A stretch of DNA of 63,172 nt from Candidatus Hydrogenedentota bacterium (GCA_903932505.1 CAIZGN010000056.1:1-63172); one strand, 5' to 3'. Numbered from the stretch's first letter, positions 44,538-55,090 are shown. Program-made: numbers and translations. The notes: generated from the sequence alone by a model not told the origin.

Positions 44538-45878
44538 ATGGCCAAACGCAACCCCAACATTCTGATTTTTGCGATCGACAGCATCCGGCGCGACCACATG
44601 AGTTGCTACGGATACCACCGGCTGACCACGCCGTATCTGGATCAGCTTTCACGTCAGGGCACACTGATTGAAAACGCCTTCAGTGCCTACATTCCCACGA
44701 CCCCGGCCTATTCGAGCATGCTCACCGGGCAGGACGTGATCAGTCACCAAATGGTGTCGCTCAGTCCGAAGGGCCCGCTGTCAAAGAAGCACGCGACCCT
44801 GCCGGAGGTTTTGCGCCAGGCCGGATACACCAGCACGGTCGTGGGTTTCGACAAGGGCTTCTATCGCGGTTTCGACAAGTACCTCAACTTTGAGGGATGG
44901 ATGGCGTGGGAGGAACGACCCGCCCGCAAGGCGGAGAATCTCAACGCGGTGACGCTGCCGGAAATGGATCGGCTGCATAAGACGGGCAAGCCGTGGATGC
45001 TGTTCCTTCGCCACATGGATCCACATTCGCCGTATCTGCCGCCGCCCCCGTATGACAAACTGTTCTACACCGGCGATCCCTGCGACAAAAAGCACAAGAG
45101 CATGAAGTCGGTCTTTGACTTCAAGCCCTTCGCCGACTTTTTCAAGTCATGGATGCCGCCCGGCGTCACCGACAGTGAATATGTCGTGGCGCAGTATGAC
45201 GGTGAGTTGGCCTACATGGACGCGTGCTGCCAGCAGATCCTGCAGCGGCTTGAAGACCTGGGCTGCGCAGAAGACACGCTCGTGGTGGTCACCGGCGATC
45301 ACGGTGAAACCTTGTATGACCACGGCATCTACTTTGATCACCACGGCCTGTACGATCCGACACTGGTCGTGCCCTTGGTCTACATCTGGCCGGGTCATGT
45401 GCCCACCGGTGTGCGCAGCCAAGCCTATTCCCTGCACGAAGATATGATGCCCACAATTCTGGATGTCTGCGGATTGAACAAGTACGCCAAGGGCATGTCG
45501 ATTGACGGCGTGTCGCTCGCGCCGTATCTGGAACAGCCCGACGAATCCCCGCGTTCGGAGTTCTACATTACCGAATGCACCTGGCAGCGCAAGCATGGCT
45601 GGCGCACGCCGATCTACAAATTCTGGGACGCCCTGGAACCCGATTTCCACGGCAAGCCCCAGGTGGAGCTGTACAACCTCATCGAGGATCCCCGCGAGGA
45701 AAACAATCTGGCAACCAAGGAACCAGCGCTCGTGGAATCCCTTCGCGCGCGCATGGACGCTTGGTTGAAGCGGCGCTGCAAGGAAACCGGGAAAAAGAAC
45801 CCGATCCTTGATTATCAGATCGGCACGGACAAATATATCGGGTCGATCGCGACCGCGAAAAAGCTGCAGCAGCGGTAG
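44538..45878 (+). CDS. sulfatase-like hydrolase/transferase (alkaline phosphatase superfamily) without a C/S-x-P-x-R formylglycine motif
   Basis: ATG 44538 with AAGGAG upstream. NILIFAIDSIRRDHMSCYGY, IPTTPAYSSMLTGQD (Thr where sulfatases have Cys/Ser, no Arg), VVVTGDHGE. Confidence 0.8.
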   Translation: MAKRNPNILIFAIDSIRRDHMSCYGYHRLTTPYLDQLSRQGTLIENAFSAYIPTTPAYSSMLTGQDVISHQMVSLSPKGPLSKKHATLPEVLRQAGYTSTVVGFDKGFYRGFDKYLNFEGWMAWEERPARKAENLNAVTLPEMDRLHKTGKPWMLFLRHMDPHSPYLPPPPYDKLFYTGDPCDKKHKSMKSVFDFKPFADFFKSWMPPGVTDSEYVVAQYDGELAYMDACCQQILQRLEDLGCAEDTLVVVTGDHGETLYDHGIYFDHHGLYDPTLVVPLVYIWPGHVPTGVRSQAYSLHEDMMPTILDVCGLNKYAKGMSIDGVSLAPYLEQPDESPRSEFYITECTWQRKHGWRTPIYKFWDALEPDFHGKPQVELYNLIEDPREENNLATKEPALVESLRARMDAWLKRRCKETGKKNPILDYQIGTDKYIGSIATAKKLQQR

Positions 45879-45900
45879 GCAAAGCGGAGTAAACAAGCGT

Positions 45901-45946
45901 GGGGAGGTCTTCCCGGAAGAGAAGATCTCCCCGCGATTCTTTTTTT
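45901..45946 (+). terminator. rho-independent terminator between convergent sulfatase-like gene and cysE
   Basis: GGGGAGGTCTTC (45901-45912), loop CCGGAAGA, GAAGATCTCCCC (45921-45932) with one G-U pair, then GCGATTC and a T7 run ending at 45946. Confidence 0.6.
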
Positions 45947-45958
45947 GAGGGCGTGGGC

Positions 45959-46768
45959 CTAAATGCCCTCGCCGTAGCTGAAGAGGCGGTGTTCCATGTT
46001 GCGGGCAGGTTCGTCGCTACCGGAACGCCCGTAGGGGCGGGCCGGAATGCCCACCACCGTGGTGAAGGGGGGCACATCATCGAGTACCACCGCGCCACCG
46101 CCCACACGCGCACCACGACCTATTTCGACGTTGCCGAAAATTTTGCATCCAGCGGTGAGAAGTGAGCCTTCGCGAACCTTGGGATGGCGGTCGCCTGTTT
46201 CTTTGCCGGTTCCGCCGAGGGTCACTTCATGCAGCATGGAGACGTTGTCCTCCACGACAGCGGTTTCACCGATGACGACGCTGGTGGCGTGATCAATGAG
46301 GACGCCCTTTCCGATGCGTGCGGCGGGGTGAATGTCGACTGCAAAAACTTCGGAGATGCGGCTCTGCAAATACAAGGCCAATTGCTGGCGGCCCTGTTCC
46401 CAGTAGTAGTGCGCCACGCGATAGGCCTGCAGGGACTGGAAGCCCTTGAGGAAGAGAAACGGGGTGCTGAACTGCAGGCACGCCGGGTCGCGATCATAGA
46501 CGGCTTGAATATCGGCCCGAAAAGCCTTGCCAATTCCAAGGTCGCGTGAAAAGGCCTCGTCAATGAGGTCGCGCATGGTCACCGCCGGGAGTGTGACACT
46601 GTCGAGTTTGCTCGCGAGGTGAAAACTCAGGGCATCTTCCATCGTGCGATGATTGAGGATGATCCCGTGGAAGAAACTCGCCAGCATGGGTTCTTTCTGG
46701 GTGTTCTCCGCTGCCTCGACCCGGATCGCGAGCCAGATGGGGTCGTTTTGGGGCGCTTTCATTGTCAT
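45959..46768 (-). CDS. cysE: serine O-acetyltransferase
   Basis: 269 aa. SATase N-terminal helical region (EPMLASFFHGIILNHRTMEDALSFHLASKL) and hexapeptide-repeat C-terminus (IHPAARIGKGVLIDHATSVVIGETAVVEDNVSMLHEVTLGG). Confidence 0.85.
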   Translation of the reverse strand: MTMKAPQNDPIWLAIRVEAAENTQKEPMLASFFHGIILNHRTMEDALSFHLASKLDSVTLPAVTMRDLIDEAFSRDLGIGKAFRADIQAVYDRDPACLQFSTPFLFLKGFQSLQAYRVAHYYWEQGRQQLALYLQSRISEVFAVDIHPAARIGKGVLIDHATSVVIGETAVVEDNVSMLHEVTLGGTGKETGDRHPKVREGSLLTAGCKIFGNVEIGRGARVGGGAVVLDDVPPFTTVVGIPARPYGRSGSDEPARNMEHRLFSYGEGI

Positions 46769-47826
46769 TCGTCTCCTGAATCCGCCACGAACATGACCTT
46801 GTTGAAAAACTCCGTTTTGTCACGCATCATCACAAGGCGTTCGTGGAGCCTGGAGAGACTGGTGCGGTGGGTGATGAGTCCTGCGGCGTTGATGGTTTGG
46901 CTGGCCATGGCCTCAAGGGCGAGTCGCCAGTCGCTCACCGACAAGGCTGTGCAGGTCGAATTCCAGGTGCCCAGGACGCGCAGTTCCTTGCGCAGCAGCG
47001 CCCAGTACCCGTCCTGCGAGAGGGTCATCGGTCCGAGGGGGTTGCCCATCAGCACCACGCTTCCAAAGGGCCGCGCGGCGAGCATGGCGAGTTCGTAGGC
47101 CGCTGTACTGCCAGAACCCTCGATCACCAGATCCGCGCCGTGGCGCGTCTTTTTTCGAACCCACTCCGGCACGTCTCCGGCACTCGGGTCGAGCAGATGG
47201 GTAAAGCCGAGTCCTTTTGCGAATCGAAGCTTGGCCGGGTCGATATCGACCAGCATGACGGTGGACACACCCCAAGCCCGGGCCCATTGGGCGAGGAAAA
47301 GTCCGATGGGCCCAGCCCCGAAGATCAGCACCGACCCGCCAGGTTCCACACCGGCCCTGCGAAGAGCGTGGGCGGCCACGGCGGCAGGTTCGGCCATGGC
47401 GGCCTCCTCGATCGACAAACCCTCCGGTATGGCAATGAGGTTCCACTCGGGCACACAGACGTATTCGGCGAAGGCGCCATCACGGCGCGAACCGAGATAG
47501 TCGTAGTCGATGCATTGGGCATAGGCGCCGATCTCGCAGCAGGCGCATTGGCGGCAGGGAATGAGCGGAAAGACGGCCACCGATCGATCTATCCACTGCT
47601 CATCGGTGCCGGGTCCGGTGACCTCGACCGTGCCCGAAAACTCGTGACCGGGAATGAGCGGAAAAGTACGGGTTCCATGTTCGAACACGCGCGGAAGATC
47701 CGATCCGCAGACGCCGCATACGCCCACGCGAACAAGGACTTCACCCGCACCGGGCACGGGCCTGGACACGGTCTCGCAGCGGAGATCGCCCACGGCGTGC
47801 AGTACACAGGCTGTCATGGTGTCCAT
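46765..47826 (-). CDS. zinc-dependent medium-chain alcohol/polyol dehydrogenase
   Basis: 353 aa. VGVCGVCGSDLP, PLIPGHEFSG, a structural Zn Cys cluster (CRQCACCEIGAYAQC) and a Rossmann motif IFGAGPIGL. The stop overlaps the cysE start (46765-46768). Confidence 0.85.
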   Translation of the reverse strand: MDTMTACVLHAVGDLRCETVSRPVPGAGEVLVRVGVCGVCGSDLPRVFEHGTRTFPLIPGHEFSGTVEVTGPGTDEQWIDRSVAVFPLIPCRQCACCEIGAYAQCIDYDYLGSRRDGAFAEYVCVPEWNLIAIPEGLSIEEAAMAEPAAVAAHALRRAGVEPGGSVLIFGAGPIGLFLAQWARAWGVSTVMLVDIDPAKLRFAKGLGFTHLLDPSAGDVPEWVRKKTRHGADLVIEGSGSTAAYELAMLAARPFGSVVLMGNPLGPMTLSQDGYWALLRKELRVLGTWNSTCTALSVSDWRLALEAMASQTINAAGLITHRTSLSRLHERLVMMRDKTEFFNKVMFVADSGDE

Positions 47827-47953
47827 GCGCGGACCTTTCGTTGATGCCGCTATTGTATCCCATTCGGAGCGTGGCTTGCCTGTTTCGGTTTGCGGCGTGG
47901 GTCAGGCGTGTGGTAGTTTCGCATAGGTAGACAACAGGAAAGGAACCAGCGCA

Positions 47954-48787
47954 ATGACCACGGCACCAACCAGCCCTCTCATTCTCGGGGGACATTCTTT
48001 CTTCAGTGAACTGGGCAACGACCCGGTACCAAGCCCGGAATTGCAGCGGGAAATTGTGCGGGCCTGTCTTGATGGTGGCATTACCCGTTTCGACACCACG
48101 CACCAGCCCGAACGTCTCGCCCTGGGTCGTGCGCTGAAGGATTTGGGTCGGCGCGAAGAGGCGACGATCTTTGCGTGGAATTTTCTGAAGGAACTCGGCC
48201 CCGAGGACAAGCTCGATCGACCGATTCCCTACGAGTCCCGCCACATCGACCAATTGTGCCGGGAACTGCAAACCGATTATATCGATGGTGTGGTAATTCA
48301 TGACCTGGACGGTGGATCGGCGGAAGTGCATGCCGGGCAGGAATCCGTGGCGCGGGCGTGGGTTCAGCAGGGGCGGGTTCGCACATTGGGCGTGTGGGCA
48401 CCCCGCGCAGATGCGACCGCTCGCTACGGGGGAGACCCTGCGTTCACGTTCATGATCTGCCCCCTCAATGTGGACACGCCGGGAGCAGCAGCCACCTTCG
48501 AATTGGGTAAATCGCAGGGTTGGCGGAATTTCGCGTGCTCACCCTTTGTGCGTGGCTGGACGCTCGATCGCATGCTAGAAAAGGCCCAAACGCAGGAAGC
48601 GGGAGACCCGGTTGCGGTGCGCACGACGCTGGCGGACAGGCTCTTGCGGTACACCCTGTATCATCCGAATGTGGATGGTGCAATCACGGCGATTCGGCGG
48701 CTGGAATGGGTGCAGGCGAATATTGACAGCGCGGCTCGGGGCCCCTTGGATGAGCAGGAGATGGCTTGGCTACGGGGCTTGCTGTAG
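47954..48787 (+). CDS. aldo/keto reductase family protein
   Basis: 277 aa. LGGHSF...IVRACLDGGITRFDTTHQPERLALGRAL and YIDGVVIHDLD resemble AKR-fold oxidoreductases. Confidence 0.55.
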   Translation: MTTAPTSPLILGGHSFFSELGNDPVPSPELQREIVRACLDGGITRFDTTHQPERLALGRALKDLGRREEATIFAWNFLKELGPEDKLDRPIPYESRHIDQLCRELQTDYIDGVVIHDLDGGSAEVHAGQESVARAWVQQGRVRTLGVWAPRADATARYGGDPAFTFMICPLNVDTPGAAATFELGKSQGWRNFACSPFVRGWTLDRMLEKAQTQEAGDPVAVRTTLADRLLRYTLYHPNVDGAITAIRRLEWVQANIDSAARGPLDEQEMAWLRGLL

Positions 48788-48794
48788 AGCGAGG

Positions 48795-51626
48795 TCAGTT
48801 CGGAGATTTCTTCGCGGCATCCAGCATGGCGCGCACCTTCCACAGCAGGGCGTCGGGCCGGAAGGGCTTGGATATGAGCTCAAAGCCATCAGGCGGCAGG
48901 AGACTCTTGCTCAGCCCCTGGCCGCTGTAGCCGCTGCAGAACAGTACGGGGATGCCCGGTTTCTCGATCCTGATGGTATCAAACACGGCGCGACCGCTGA
49001 GTTTGGGCATGACGACATCGAGCAGCGCGAGTTCAATCCGATCCCGATGCTCATGGAAAACCTGCAGCGCCTCTTCGCCGTCCTGAGACACCAGGATTTC
49101 ATAGCCGGCCGCTTGCAAGACTCGCATCGCGAGGGCGCGAACCATCTCGTCATCCTCGGCGAATAGAATTGTTTCCCGCCCGCCGGGTGCGGATTGCTCG
49201 ACTTTGACCTTCTCCTTGGTCGCGGCTTTTCCCGTGTCGATGGGGATGTAGATGCGGAACGTGGTGCCGTGGCCCAACTCGCTGTAGACGTGTATCATCC
49301 CCTCGTGCTGCTTTACGATCCCGTAAACGATGGAGAGTCCAAGTCCGGTTCCTTCACCAACCGCCTTGGTCGTGAAGAACGGCTCGAAAATACGGTCGCG
49401 CACCTCGGGGGACATGCCAACGCCGGTGTCCTGAACAGAAAGGCACACAAATTCACCCAAGCGTGCCCAAGGGTGCAGCGTCAGGAATTGGGATTCGAGC
49501 AAGATATTGCTGAGGCTGATGGTGAGCTGGCCGCCCTCGGGCATCGCGCTTCGGGCGTTGACACACAGGTTCATCAGCACCTGTTCCATCTGGGTTTGGT
49601 CTGCGTACACCGGTTTCAGGTCGGGTTCAACCAAGATGTCGAGTTTGATGTGTTCCCCGATGACGCGGGTCAGCATCTTGGCGATTTCTTTGACGACTTC
49701 CCCGAAATGAACGCGGGAGGGCTGTATGATTTTTCGTCGACTGAAGGTGAGGAGTTGGCGAACCAGTTGCGCGGCGCGCGCACAAGCCTTGTTGGCTTCG
49801 TTGAGGTCGTTATACGCCCGTCCAGTGGCGGGAATCTCCTGCATGGCCATTTGGGTATAGCCGATGATCGCTTGAAGGAGATTGTTGAAGTCGTGAGCCA
49901 CGCCCCCGGCCAATTCTCCGACGGCCTCCATGCGCTGCGATTGCCGAAGTTGCTGCTCGAGTTCAAGCAGTCCAGTCACATCGCGCAAAGCGCAGACATA
50001 ATTGGTGATGACGCCTTGGGCGTCTCGCACTGGAGAAAATGACGCCTCGCATTCTCTGGTTCGAAGGTCTTTCTTGAGGACTTTGATCTTTCCGGACCAG
50101 GACTCGCCGCTTCCCAGAACTTGTTCGACAGCGGCTATTTTATCGGAATCGGCCCCCATTGCGAGCAGCAATCGGTGCGTCTGTCCCAGCAACTCGGCTT
50201 GGGGATATTGAGAGAGGTTCTCTATTGCGGGATTGGCGAAAATGATGGTCCACGCGAGATCCATGATGAGAATGGCTTCGGCGGACTGCTGCATGGCGGC
50301 GCTCAGCAAGCGGCGCTCTTTCTCCTCAAGCCGCCGGGCAGTGACATCTTCCGAGACGTCGAGGAATCCGATGACGTCCCCATCGGCGTCATGGAGCGGG
50401 AAGGTCCGCAAGTGCATCGAAAGGGTTGTGCTGTCAGGACCGGGCGTGGTGTATTCGTCTTCGATGACGTGCCCGGACTCCATGGCCCGCTTCGCCGCGC
50501 AGTTTTCGCAGGGTTCTTCTTGGTTACCACCGAAAACCTCGTAACACTTCTTCCCGATCACATCGGCGGGGGTAGTATTAAATATGCGGGCCTGCTCAGT
50601 GTTGGCCTTCTGGATGGTATAGTTGGTATCGCCGAGAGTGACGCAGAAGGGAATGTTCTCCACAAGCAGTCGATAGATTTCCTCGCTGTGGCGCAAGGCC
50701 TCTTCGGATCGCTTCCGGGTGATGAGAAAACCCAGCGTCTCGGCATAGAGCCGCAGCAACTGGTTGTCATAGTCGGAGAAAGGCCTTTTGGTGAGCAGAT
50801 TGTCGCTGCTGAGGAAACCAATGATCTCCTTCCCGTTCCACAGCGGTGCGGCGGACTGATCCGCGCGTCCGATCGGCTTCCCGAAAAAATCAAGATCCAC
50901 GTCCTTGTGCTGCACCATGACAACTTCGCGATGACGGACAGGATCCGTAAGTTCACGTTTCCATCCGACATCGCGCAGGTGGTGCTCATCCCGCAAGACG
51001 CCCTGCTCATCCGTTCCAAAGGTGCCAACAGCGACCTCGGTGCCCGGTTCAAGAAGCCAGATCCCGAGTCGATCAAAGCCGAGTTCCCGACGGCCGAGAA
51101 GGACGGCCTCACGGCATAAATCGTCCAGATTGTCGATTTCGGAAAGCTCGGTGGATATATCGTGCAGCAGCGTGAGGCGGTGGGCGAATCCCTTGGCCGC
51201 TTCCTCCTTTTGGAGAACCTCCGCAACCGTTTGCCGGGTCGATGAGATATAGCGCGCAAGACCGGTGACGTACTCTTTATCGTCGACCGTAAACAGGCAA
51301 AGACTTATTTCCACCGGACGCAGCGGAGCGGACTTGGGGGCAAAGTCCATCTCGATGGTGACGCGCCCCTCGCTTCGGAGGCGCTGGATTAATGATACCC
51401 ACGGCTCGTCCGTAAGCTGGGGGATGAAGTCAAAGACGGTTCTTTGAAGGAATTCTTCTTTGGCATAACCGGAGATGGTACAGGCCGCTTCATTGATGTA
51501 CGCAAACCGCCCGTCCAGCTCAAGCCAGAAGAAAGGCTCGGGGGCCAGCTCAAGAAATGGGACTACCACCGCCGGATTGGGCGGGGCACTCGTTTCTTGC
51601 GACCTGTGCGACGAATGATCTTCCAT
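48795..51626 (-). CDS. PAS/GAF multi-sensor hybrid histidine kinase with C-terminal receiver
   Basis: 943 aa. Several PAS/GAF-like segments. H-box GGVAHDFNNLLQAIIGYTQMA. ATPase boxes NLCVNARSAM, QDTGVGMSPEV and GTGLGLS. Receiver ILFAEDDE...LALLDVVMPKLSG...FISKP. Confidence 0.9.
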   Translation of the reverse strand: MEDHSSHRSQETSAPPNPAVVVPFLELAPEPFFWLELDGRFAYINEAACTISGYAKEEFLQRTVFDFIPQLTDEPWVSLIQRLRSEGRVTIEMDFAPKSAPLRPVEISLCLFTVDDKEYVTGLARYISSTRQTVAEVLQKEEAAKGFAHRLTLLHDISTELSEIDNLDDLCREAVLLGRRELGFDRLGIWLLEPGTEVAVGTFGTDEQGVLRDEHHLRDVGWKRELTDPVRHREVVMVQHKDVDLDFFGKPIGRADQSAAPLWNGKEIIGFLSSDNLLTKRPFSDYDNQLLRLYAETLGFLITRKRSEEALRHSEEIYRLLVENIPFCVTLGDTNYTIQKANTEQARIFNTTPADVIGKKCYEVFGGNQEEPCENCAAKRAMESGHVIEDEYTTPGPDSTTLSMHLRTFPLHDADGDVIGFLDVSEDVTARRLEEKERRLLSAAMQQSAEAILIMDLAWTIIFANPAIENLSQYPQAELLGQTHRLLLAMGADSDKIAAVEQVLGSGESWSGKIKVLKKDLRTRECEASFSPVRDAQGVITNYVCALRDVTGLLELEQQLRQSQRMEAVGELAGGVAHDFNNLLQAIIGYTQMAMQEIPATGRAYNDLNEANKACARAAQLVRQLLTFSRRKIIQPSRVHFGEVVKEIAKMLTRVIGEHIKLDILVEPDLKPVYADQTQMEQVLMNLCVNARSAMPEGGQLTISLSNILLESQFLTLHPWARLGEFVCLSVQDTGVGMSPEVRDRIFEPFFTTKAVGEGTGLGLSIVYGIVKQHEGMIHVYSELGHGTTFRIYIPIDTGKAATKEKVKVEQSAPGGRETILFAEDDEMVRALAMRVLQAAGYEILVSQDGEEALQVFHEHRDRIELALLDVVMPKLSGRAVFDTIRIEKPGIPVLFCSGYSGQGLSKSLLPPDGFELISKPFRPDALLWKVRAMLDAAKKSPN

Positions 51627-51745
51627 GAAATAGTCTCTTGTTGAGTCACCGTGCTAATAGGTGCAATCATACGCCGTATTTCATGGAATATGTTAATTTT
51701 GCAGGCGCAATGGCTGCCGTTGCTTGTCCGTAGCTGCCGAGCCCC

Positions 51746-52954
51746 CTATTCTCGGCCCAGTGCATCGATGGGATCGAGCTGGGCGGCGCGACGTGCGGGA
51801 TAGAATCCAAAAAATATGCCAACGCCAACCGCAAATAGCAAGGCCATCGCCCCGCTTCGAAATTCGATGACGGCCGAAAAGGTGGTGACCCAGGAACTGC
51901 ACAAGGCAATGCTGATCCCCGCGACCACCCCCAGAAAACCGCCAAGCGAACTCATCACCGTGGATTCCAGCAGGAACTGGACAAGAATGTCGCGATCCTG
52001 TGCCCCGATGGCTTTTCGCACCCCGATCTCGCGGGTGCGCTCGGTGACGGTCACCAGCATGATATTCATGATGCCGATTCCCCCGACCACCATTGAAATA
52101 GCGGCCACTGCACCGAGGAGCAGGGTGAAGGTCTGCGAAATCGAGGTGACGGCGGCCACCATCTCCGCCATGTTGCGCACGTTGAAATCGTCCTCCTTCT
52201 CGGGGAGGATTTTGTGACGGAGGCGCAGCAGACGTTCTAGGGCGATTTGCACCTCGGCCTGTTTCACGCCCTCGACGATTTGAATATCGATTTCACTCAG
52301 ATAGTCCGTGCCGAGCATGCGGTGCATGGCCGTGGTGTAGGGCACCAAGGCTTGATCGTCAAAGCTGAAAGGACCCTGAGTGCCTTTGGGTTTCAGTACG
52401 CCGACCACCTGAAAAACCTGGCCATTGATCTTGATCTTCTCGCGCACGGCGGGGCTGGTGCCGAACAGTTCTTTGGCCGTGTCGGATCCGAGCAGCGCGA
52501 CTTTGGCCCGCTGCTCGATTTCCAGATCGGTGAAGGCACGCCCCTGATCAATGGAGAAGTTCCGGATGCGGAGATACTCGGAATTGACGCCCATGATGGA
52601 GGCTTGTTTGTTCCGGTTGTAATACTTGAACTGTCCAGAGCCGCGCACCACGGGGGACAACCCGCGAATACCCGGCACTTTTTCCCGCATGGCCACGGCA
52701 TCCTCGGGCAGCAGGGTTTCCACCGCCCCGCCGCGCACACCACCACTTCGCGGTTGCCCCGGCATCACCATGATGAGATTCGATCCGAGTGCCGTCACAT
52801 GTTCCAGCACACGCGCCTGAGCGCCCGCCCCCACCGCCAGCATGACGATGACCGCGCTGACCCCGATGATGATGCCCAGCATCGACAGCAGCGAACGCAG
52901 CTTGTTCGCCAGAAGATTGCGCATCGCCATTTTACAGGTGGTGAAGAACAGCAT
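51746..52954 (-). CDS. MacB-type ABC transporter permease (FtsX family)
   Basis: Start ATG 52954, 1 nt after the ATPase stop (an alternative is 52930, MAMRNLLANKLRS). NKLRSLLSMLGIIIGV, a periplasmic domain, and C-terminal TM segments with RTREIGVRKAIGA. Confidence 0.85.
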   Translation of the reverse strand: MLFFTTCKMAMRNLLANKLRSLLSMLGIIIGVSAVIVMLAVGAGAQARVLEHVTALGSNLIMVMPGQPRSGGVRGGAVETLLPEDAVAMREKVPGIRGLSPVVRGSGQFKYYNRNKQASIMGVNSEYLRIRNFSIDQGRAFTDLEIEQRAKVALLGSDTAKELFGTSPAVREKIKINGQVFQVVGVLKPKGTQGPFSFDDQALVPYTTAMHRMLGTDYLSEIDIQIVEGVKQAEVQIALERLLRLRHKILPEKEDDFNVRNMAEMVAAVTSISQTFTLLLGAVAAISMVVGGIGIMNIMLVTVTERTREIGVRKAIGAQDRDILVQFLLESTVMSSLGGFLGVVAGISIALCSSWVTTFSAVIEFRSGAMALLFAVGVGIFFGFYPARRAAQLDPIDALGRE

Positions 52955-52955
52955 G

Positions 52956-53645
52956 TTAATTCCCTTCCCCGGCGGGCACGCCATTGGCAATACGGCCGTC
53001 GATGATATGAATCTGACGGGTGCACAGACTGGCGAGCCCGGGATCGTGCGTGACCATGATTACGGTGCGACCCTGCCGGTGCAGCTCGTCGAAAAGAGCC
53101 ATGATATCCCGCCCCGTCTTGCTGTCCAGATTGCCCGTGGGTTCATCGGCCAGCAGAATGGCCGGGTCGGTGACGATGGCCCGCGCGATGGCCACGCGCT
53201 GGCGCTGTCCGCCGGAAAGCTGATTGGGCGCATGGTGCATCCGGTCGCGAAGCCCCACCGTCTCCAGCGCGTTCTCGGCGCGTGCACGAGAACCGCGAAT
53301 ACCGCCATACAGCAGCGGCAGCTCGACGTTCTCCAACGCTGTCAAGCGCGGCAGGAGATTGAAGGTCTGAAACACGAAACCAATATAGCGATTGCGGACC
53401 CGCGCCAGCTCGGAAGACGGAAGGGAGGACACGTTCTTTCCGGCCAGCAGGTATTCGCCTTCGTCGGGCCGGCCAAGGCATCCAAGGATATTCATCAGCG
53501 TGGACTTTCCGCTGCCGGAAGGCCCGGTCACGGCCACCCGTTCCCCCTGACCCACCCAGAACGAAACCCCGTCGAGCGCGCGCACGACCGCACCGCCCAG
53601 CGCATAGGCTTTCACAAGGTTTGAGATTTCGATAACGTGTTCCAT
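52956..53645 (-). CDS. ABC transporter ATP-binding protein (MacB/LolD-type)
   Basis: 229 aa. Walker A GPSGSGKST, signature LSGGQRQRVAIARA, Walker B ILLADEPTGNLD. Confidence 0.92.
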   Translation of the reverse strand: MEHVIEISNLVKAYALGGAVVRALDGVSFWVGQGERVAVTGPSGSGKSTLMNILGCLGRPDEGEYLLAGKNVSSLPSSELARVRNRYIGFVFQTFNLLPRLTALENVELPLLYGGIRGSRARAENALETVGLRDRMHHAPNQLSGGQRQRVAIARAIVTDPAILLADEPTGNLDSKTGRDIMALFDELHRQGRTVIMVTHDPGLASLCTRQIHIIDGRIANGVPAGEGN

Positions 53646-53669
53646 GGCGATTCTTTCCTGCCGGTAGGC

Positions 53670-55037
53670 CTACATGGGCGGCGGGCCACCGGGAGGCGGC
53701 CCCCCGAATCCACCTTTGGATTCGCTGGCTTTTTCCTTCGACGTGTCCTGCGGAATCAGGATCGCGGCCTTCTCTTGCACGCCCGAGACAATCTCCGTGT
53801 AGGCTCCGTCATCAATGCCCGTCTGCACCTCAATGGCGTCCGGGTTGGCCGAGTCGGCACCCGCCACCAGTACCACCTTGATTGCGCCCCGACGCTGAAT
53901 GGCTTCCGAAGGCACGGCCAGGGTGTCGTCGTTCGCCGCCGCGAGAATCTCGACGTCGGCGGTCATTTCCGGCAGCAGGCGACTCTTCCCCTCGTCCAGG
54001 ATTTCGATCTTCACTTCGAAGGTCACGATGGTGGAGGTCTTTTCGCCCTTGGCCGCCACGCGCACTACGCGCCCGGTGAATTTGGAGTCGGGATAGGCAT
54101 CCACAGAAATCGTCGCGGATTGCCCCGGCTGAATGTGGCCGATGTCACTCTCGTCCACCGAGGCCAGCACAAAAAGGCGCGAGGTGTCGGAGACGGTCAG
54201 GAGCGCGGTACCACCGCCCACATTCATTTTGGGCGATGCAATGATCTGTCCCACCTCCACCAGACGGTCTGAAACCACACCGTCGATGGGCGCATACACC
54301 AAGGTCTCGGAAAGGCGCTGTTCGGCGTTCTTGAGGTCGACCTTGCAGTAATCCACATCGGTCTGCGCCAGCTTGATGTCCTGTCGCAACAGCTCAAGCC
54401 GGTTCTCATTCGTCTTCTGCCCGTCGAGTCCCGCCCGCGCTTTTTGAAGCGCACTGTCGGCCTGTATCGCGGCGGTTTGCGCGCTGTTCACCGCCTCGGG
54501 ACTCGCGAATTTCTTTTCCTGCAACGCCACCTGCCGCTCCGCCTTCGCCCGAAGATCTTTGCTGGACGATTGTGCGGCGGACAGTGTGGCCTCGGCGTTG
54601 ATAAGACCGTTTTTCAGTTCCTGCTCGGAAATCACCAGTGACTGCTGTGCGCGGGCGTACTTGGCTTCTGCGGCGGCCAATTTTACCTGCGCCTGTTCCA
54701 CGCTGCGCTCCTCGTCCACTGGATCGATTTTTAACAGCAGATCGCCCTTCTTAACCGGCGCGCTGATATCGAAGGGAAGCTCGATAACCTCGCCGGTGGC
54801 CTTGCACTTAATCTCCACATCGAGGTTGGACACGATGGGCCCCGAACAGGTGATTTCCTGTCGGATGGCGCGTCGTTCCACCACGGCCGGGGTGAACGCC
54901 GCGCTGGCCGCGTTGGTTTCCGCGCTTGGCGTCCGCTGGTAGTAGAGGCCTCCGCACGACACCAACCCGATGAGTATGACGAACTGGATCAGGCGGCTCG
55001 GCCAGCGTTTTTTGGGTGTGTTATTCAAGCTCAGCAT
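53670..55037 (-). CDS. HlyD/MacA-family periplasmic adaptor (membrane fusion protein)
   Basis: Start ATG 55037 (MLSLNNTPKKRWPSRLIQFVILIGL, a TM anchor). Lipoyl-like VKKGDLLLKIDP, a long coiled-coil hairpin, and beta-barrel GQSATISVDAYP. The 580-aa version would run through the promoter region. Confidence 0.8.
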   Translation of the reverse strand: MLSLNNTPKKRWPSRLIQFVILIGLVSCGGLYYQRTPSAETNAASAAFTPAVVERRAIRQEITCSGPIVSNLDVEIKCKATGEVIELPFDISAPVKKGDLLLKIDPVDEERSVEQAQVKLAAAEAKYARAQQSLVISEQELKNGLINAEATLSAAQSSSKDLRAKAERQVALQEKKFASPEAVNSAQTAAIQADSALQKARAGLDGQKTNENRLELLRQDIKLAQTDVDYCKVDLKNAEQRLSETLVYAPIDGVVSDRLVEVGQIIASPKMNVGGGTALLTVSDTSRLFVLASVDESDIGHIQPGQSATISVDAYPDSKFTGRVVRVAAKGEKTSTIVTFEVKIEILDEGKSRLLPEMTADVEILAAANDDTLAVPSEAIQRRGAIKVVLVAGADSANPDAIEVQTGIDDGAYTEIVSGVQEKAAILIPQDTSKEKASESKGGFGGPPPGGPPPM

Positions 55038-55074
55038 AACCCGGTTTCCTTCACGTTGTTTCTGCTTATTGAGA

Positions 55075-55090
55075 AGCAATAATCGTGCCG
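55075..55090 (-). promoter_or_regulatory. sigma-54 (-24/-12) promoter of the macA-macB operon
   Basis: The minus strand reads CGGCACGATTATTGCT, against consensus TGGCACG-N4-TTGCW with exact spacing. The -12 element lies about 38 nt upstream of ATG 55037. A sigma-54-dependent activator gene is immediately upstream. Confidence 0.6.

Noticed and set aside
51627-51745. Possible sigma-54 promoter upstream of the 943-aa hybrid kinase (CGGCAGCCATTGCGCC on the minus strand)
   Set aside because: GG-N10-GC spacing can be forced, but the -12 region lacks the TTGC core, so the match is too weak to report.
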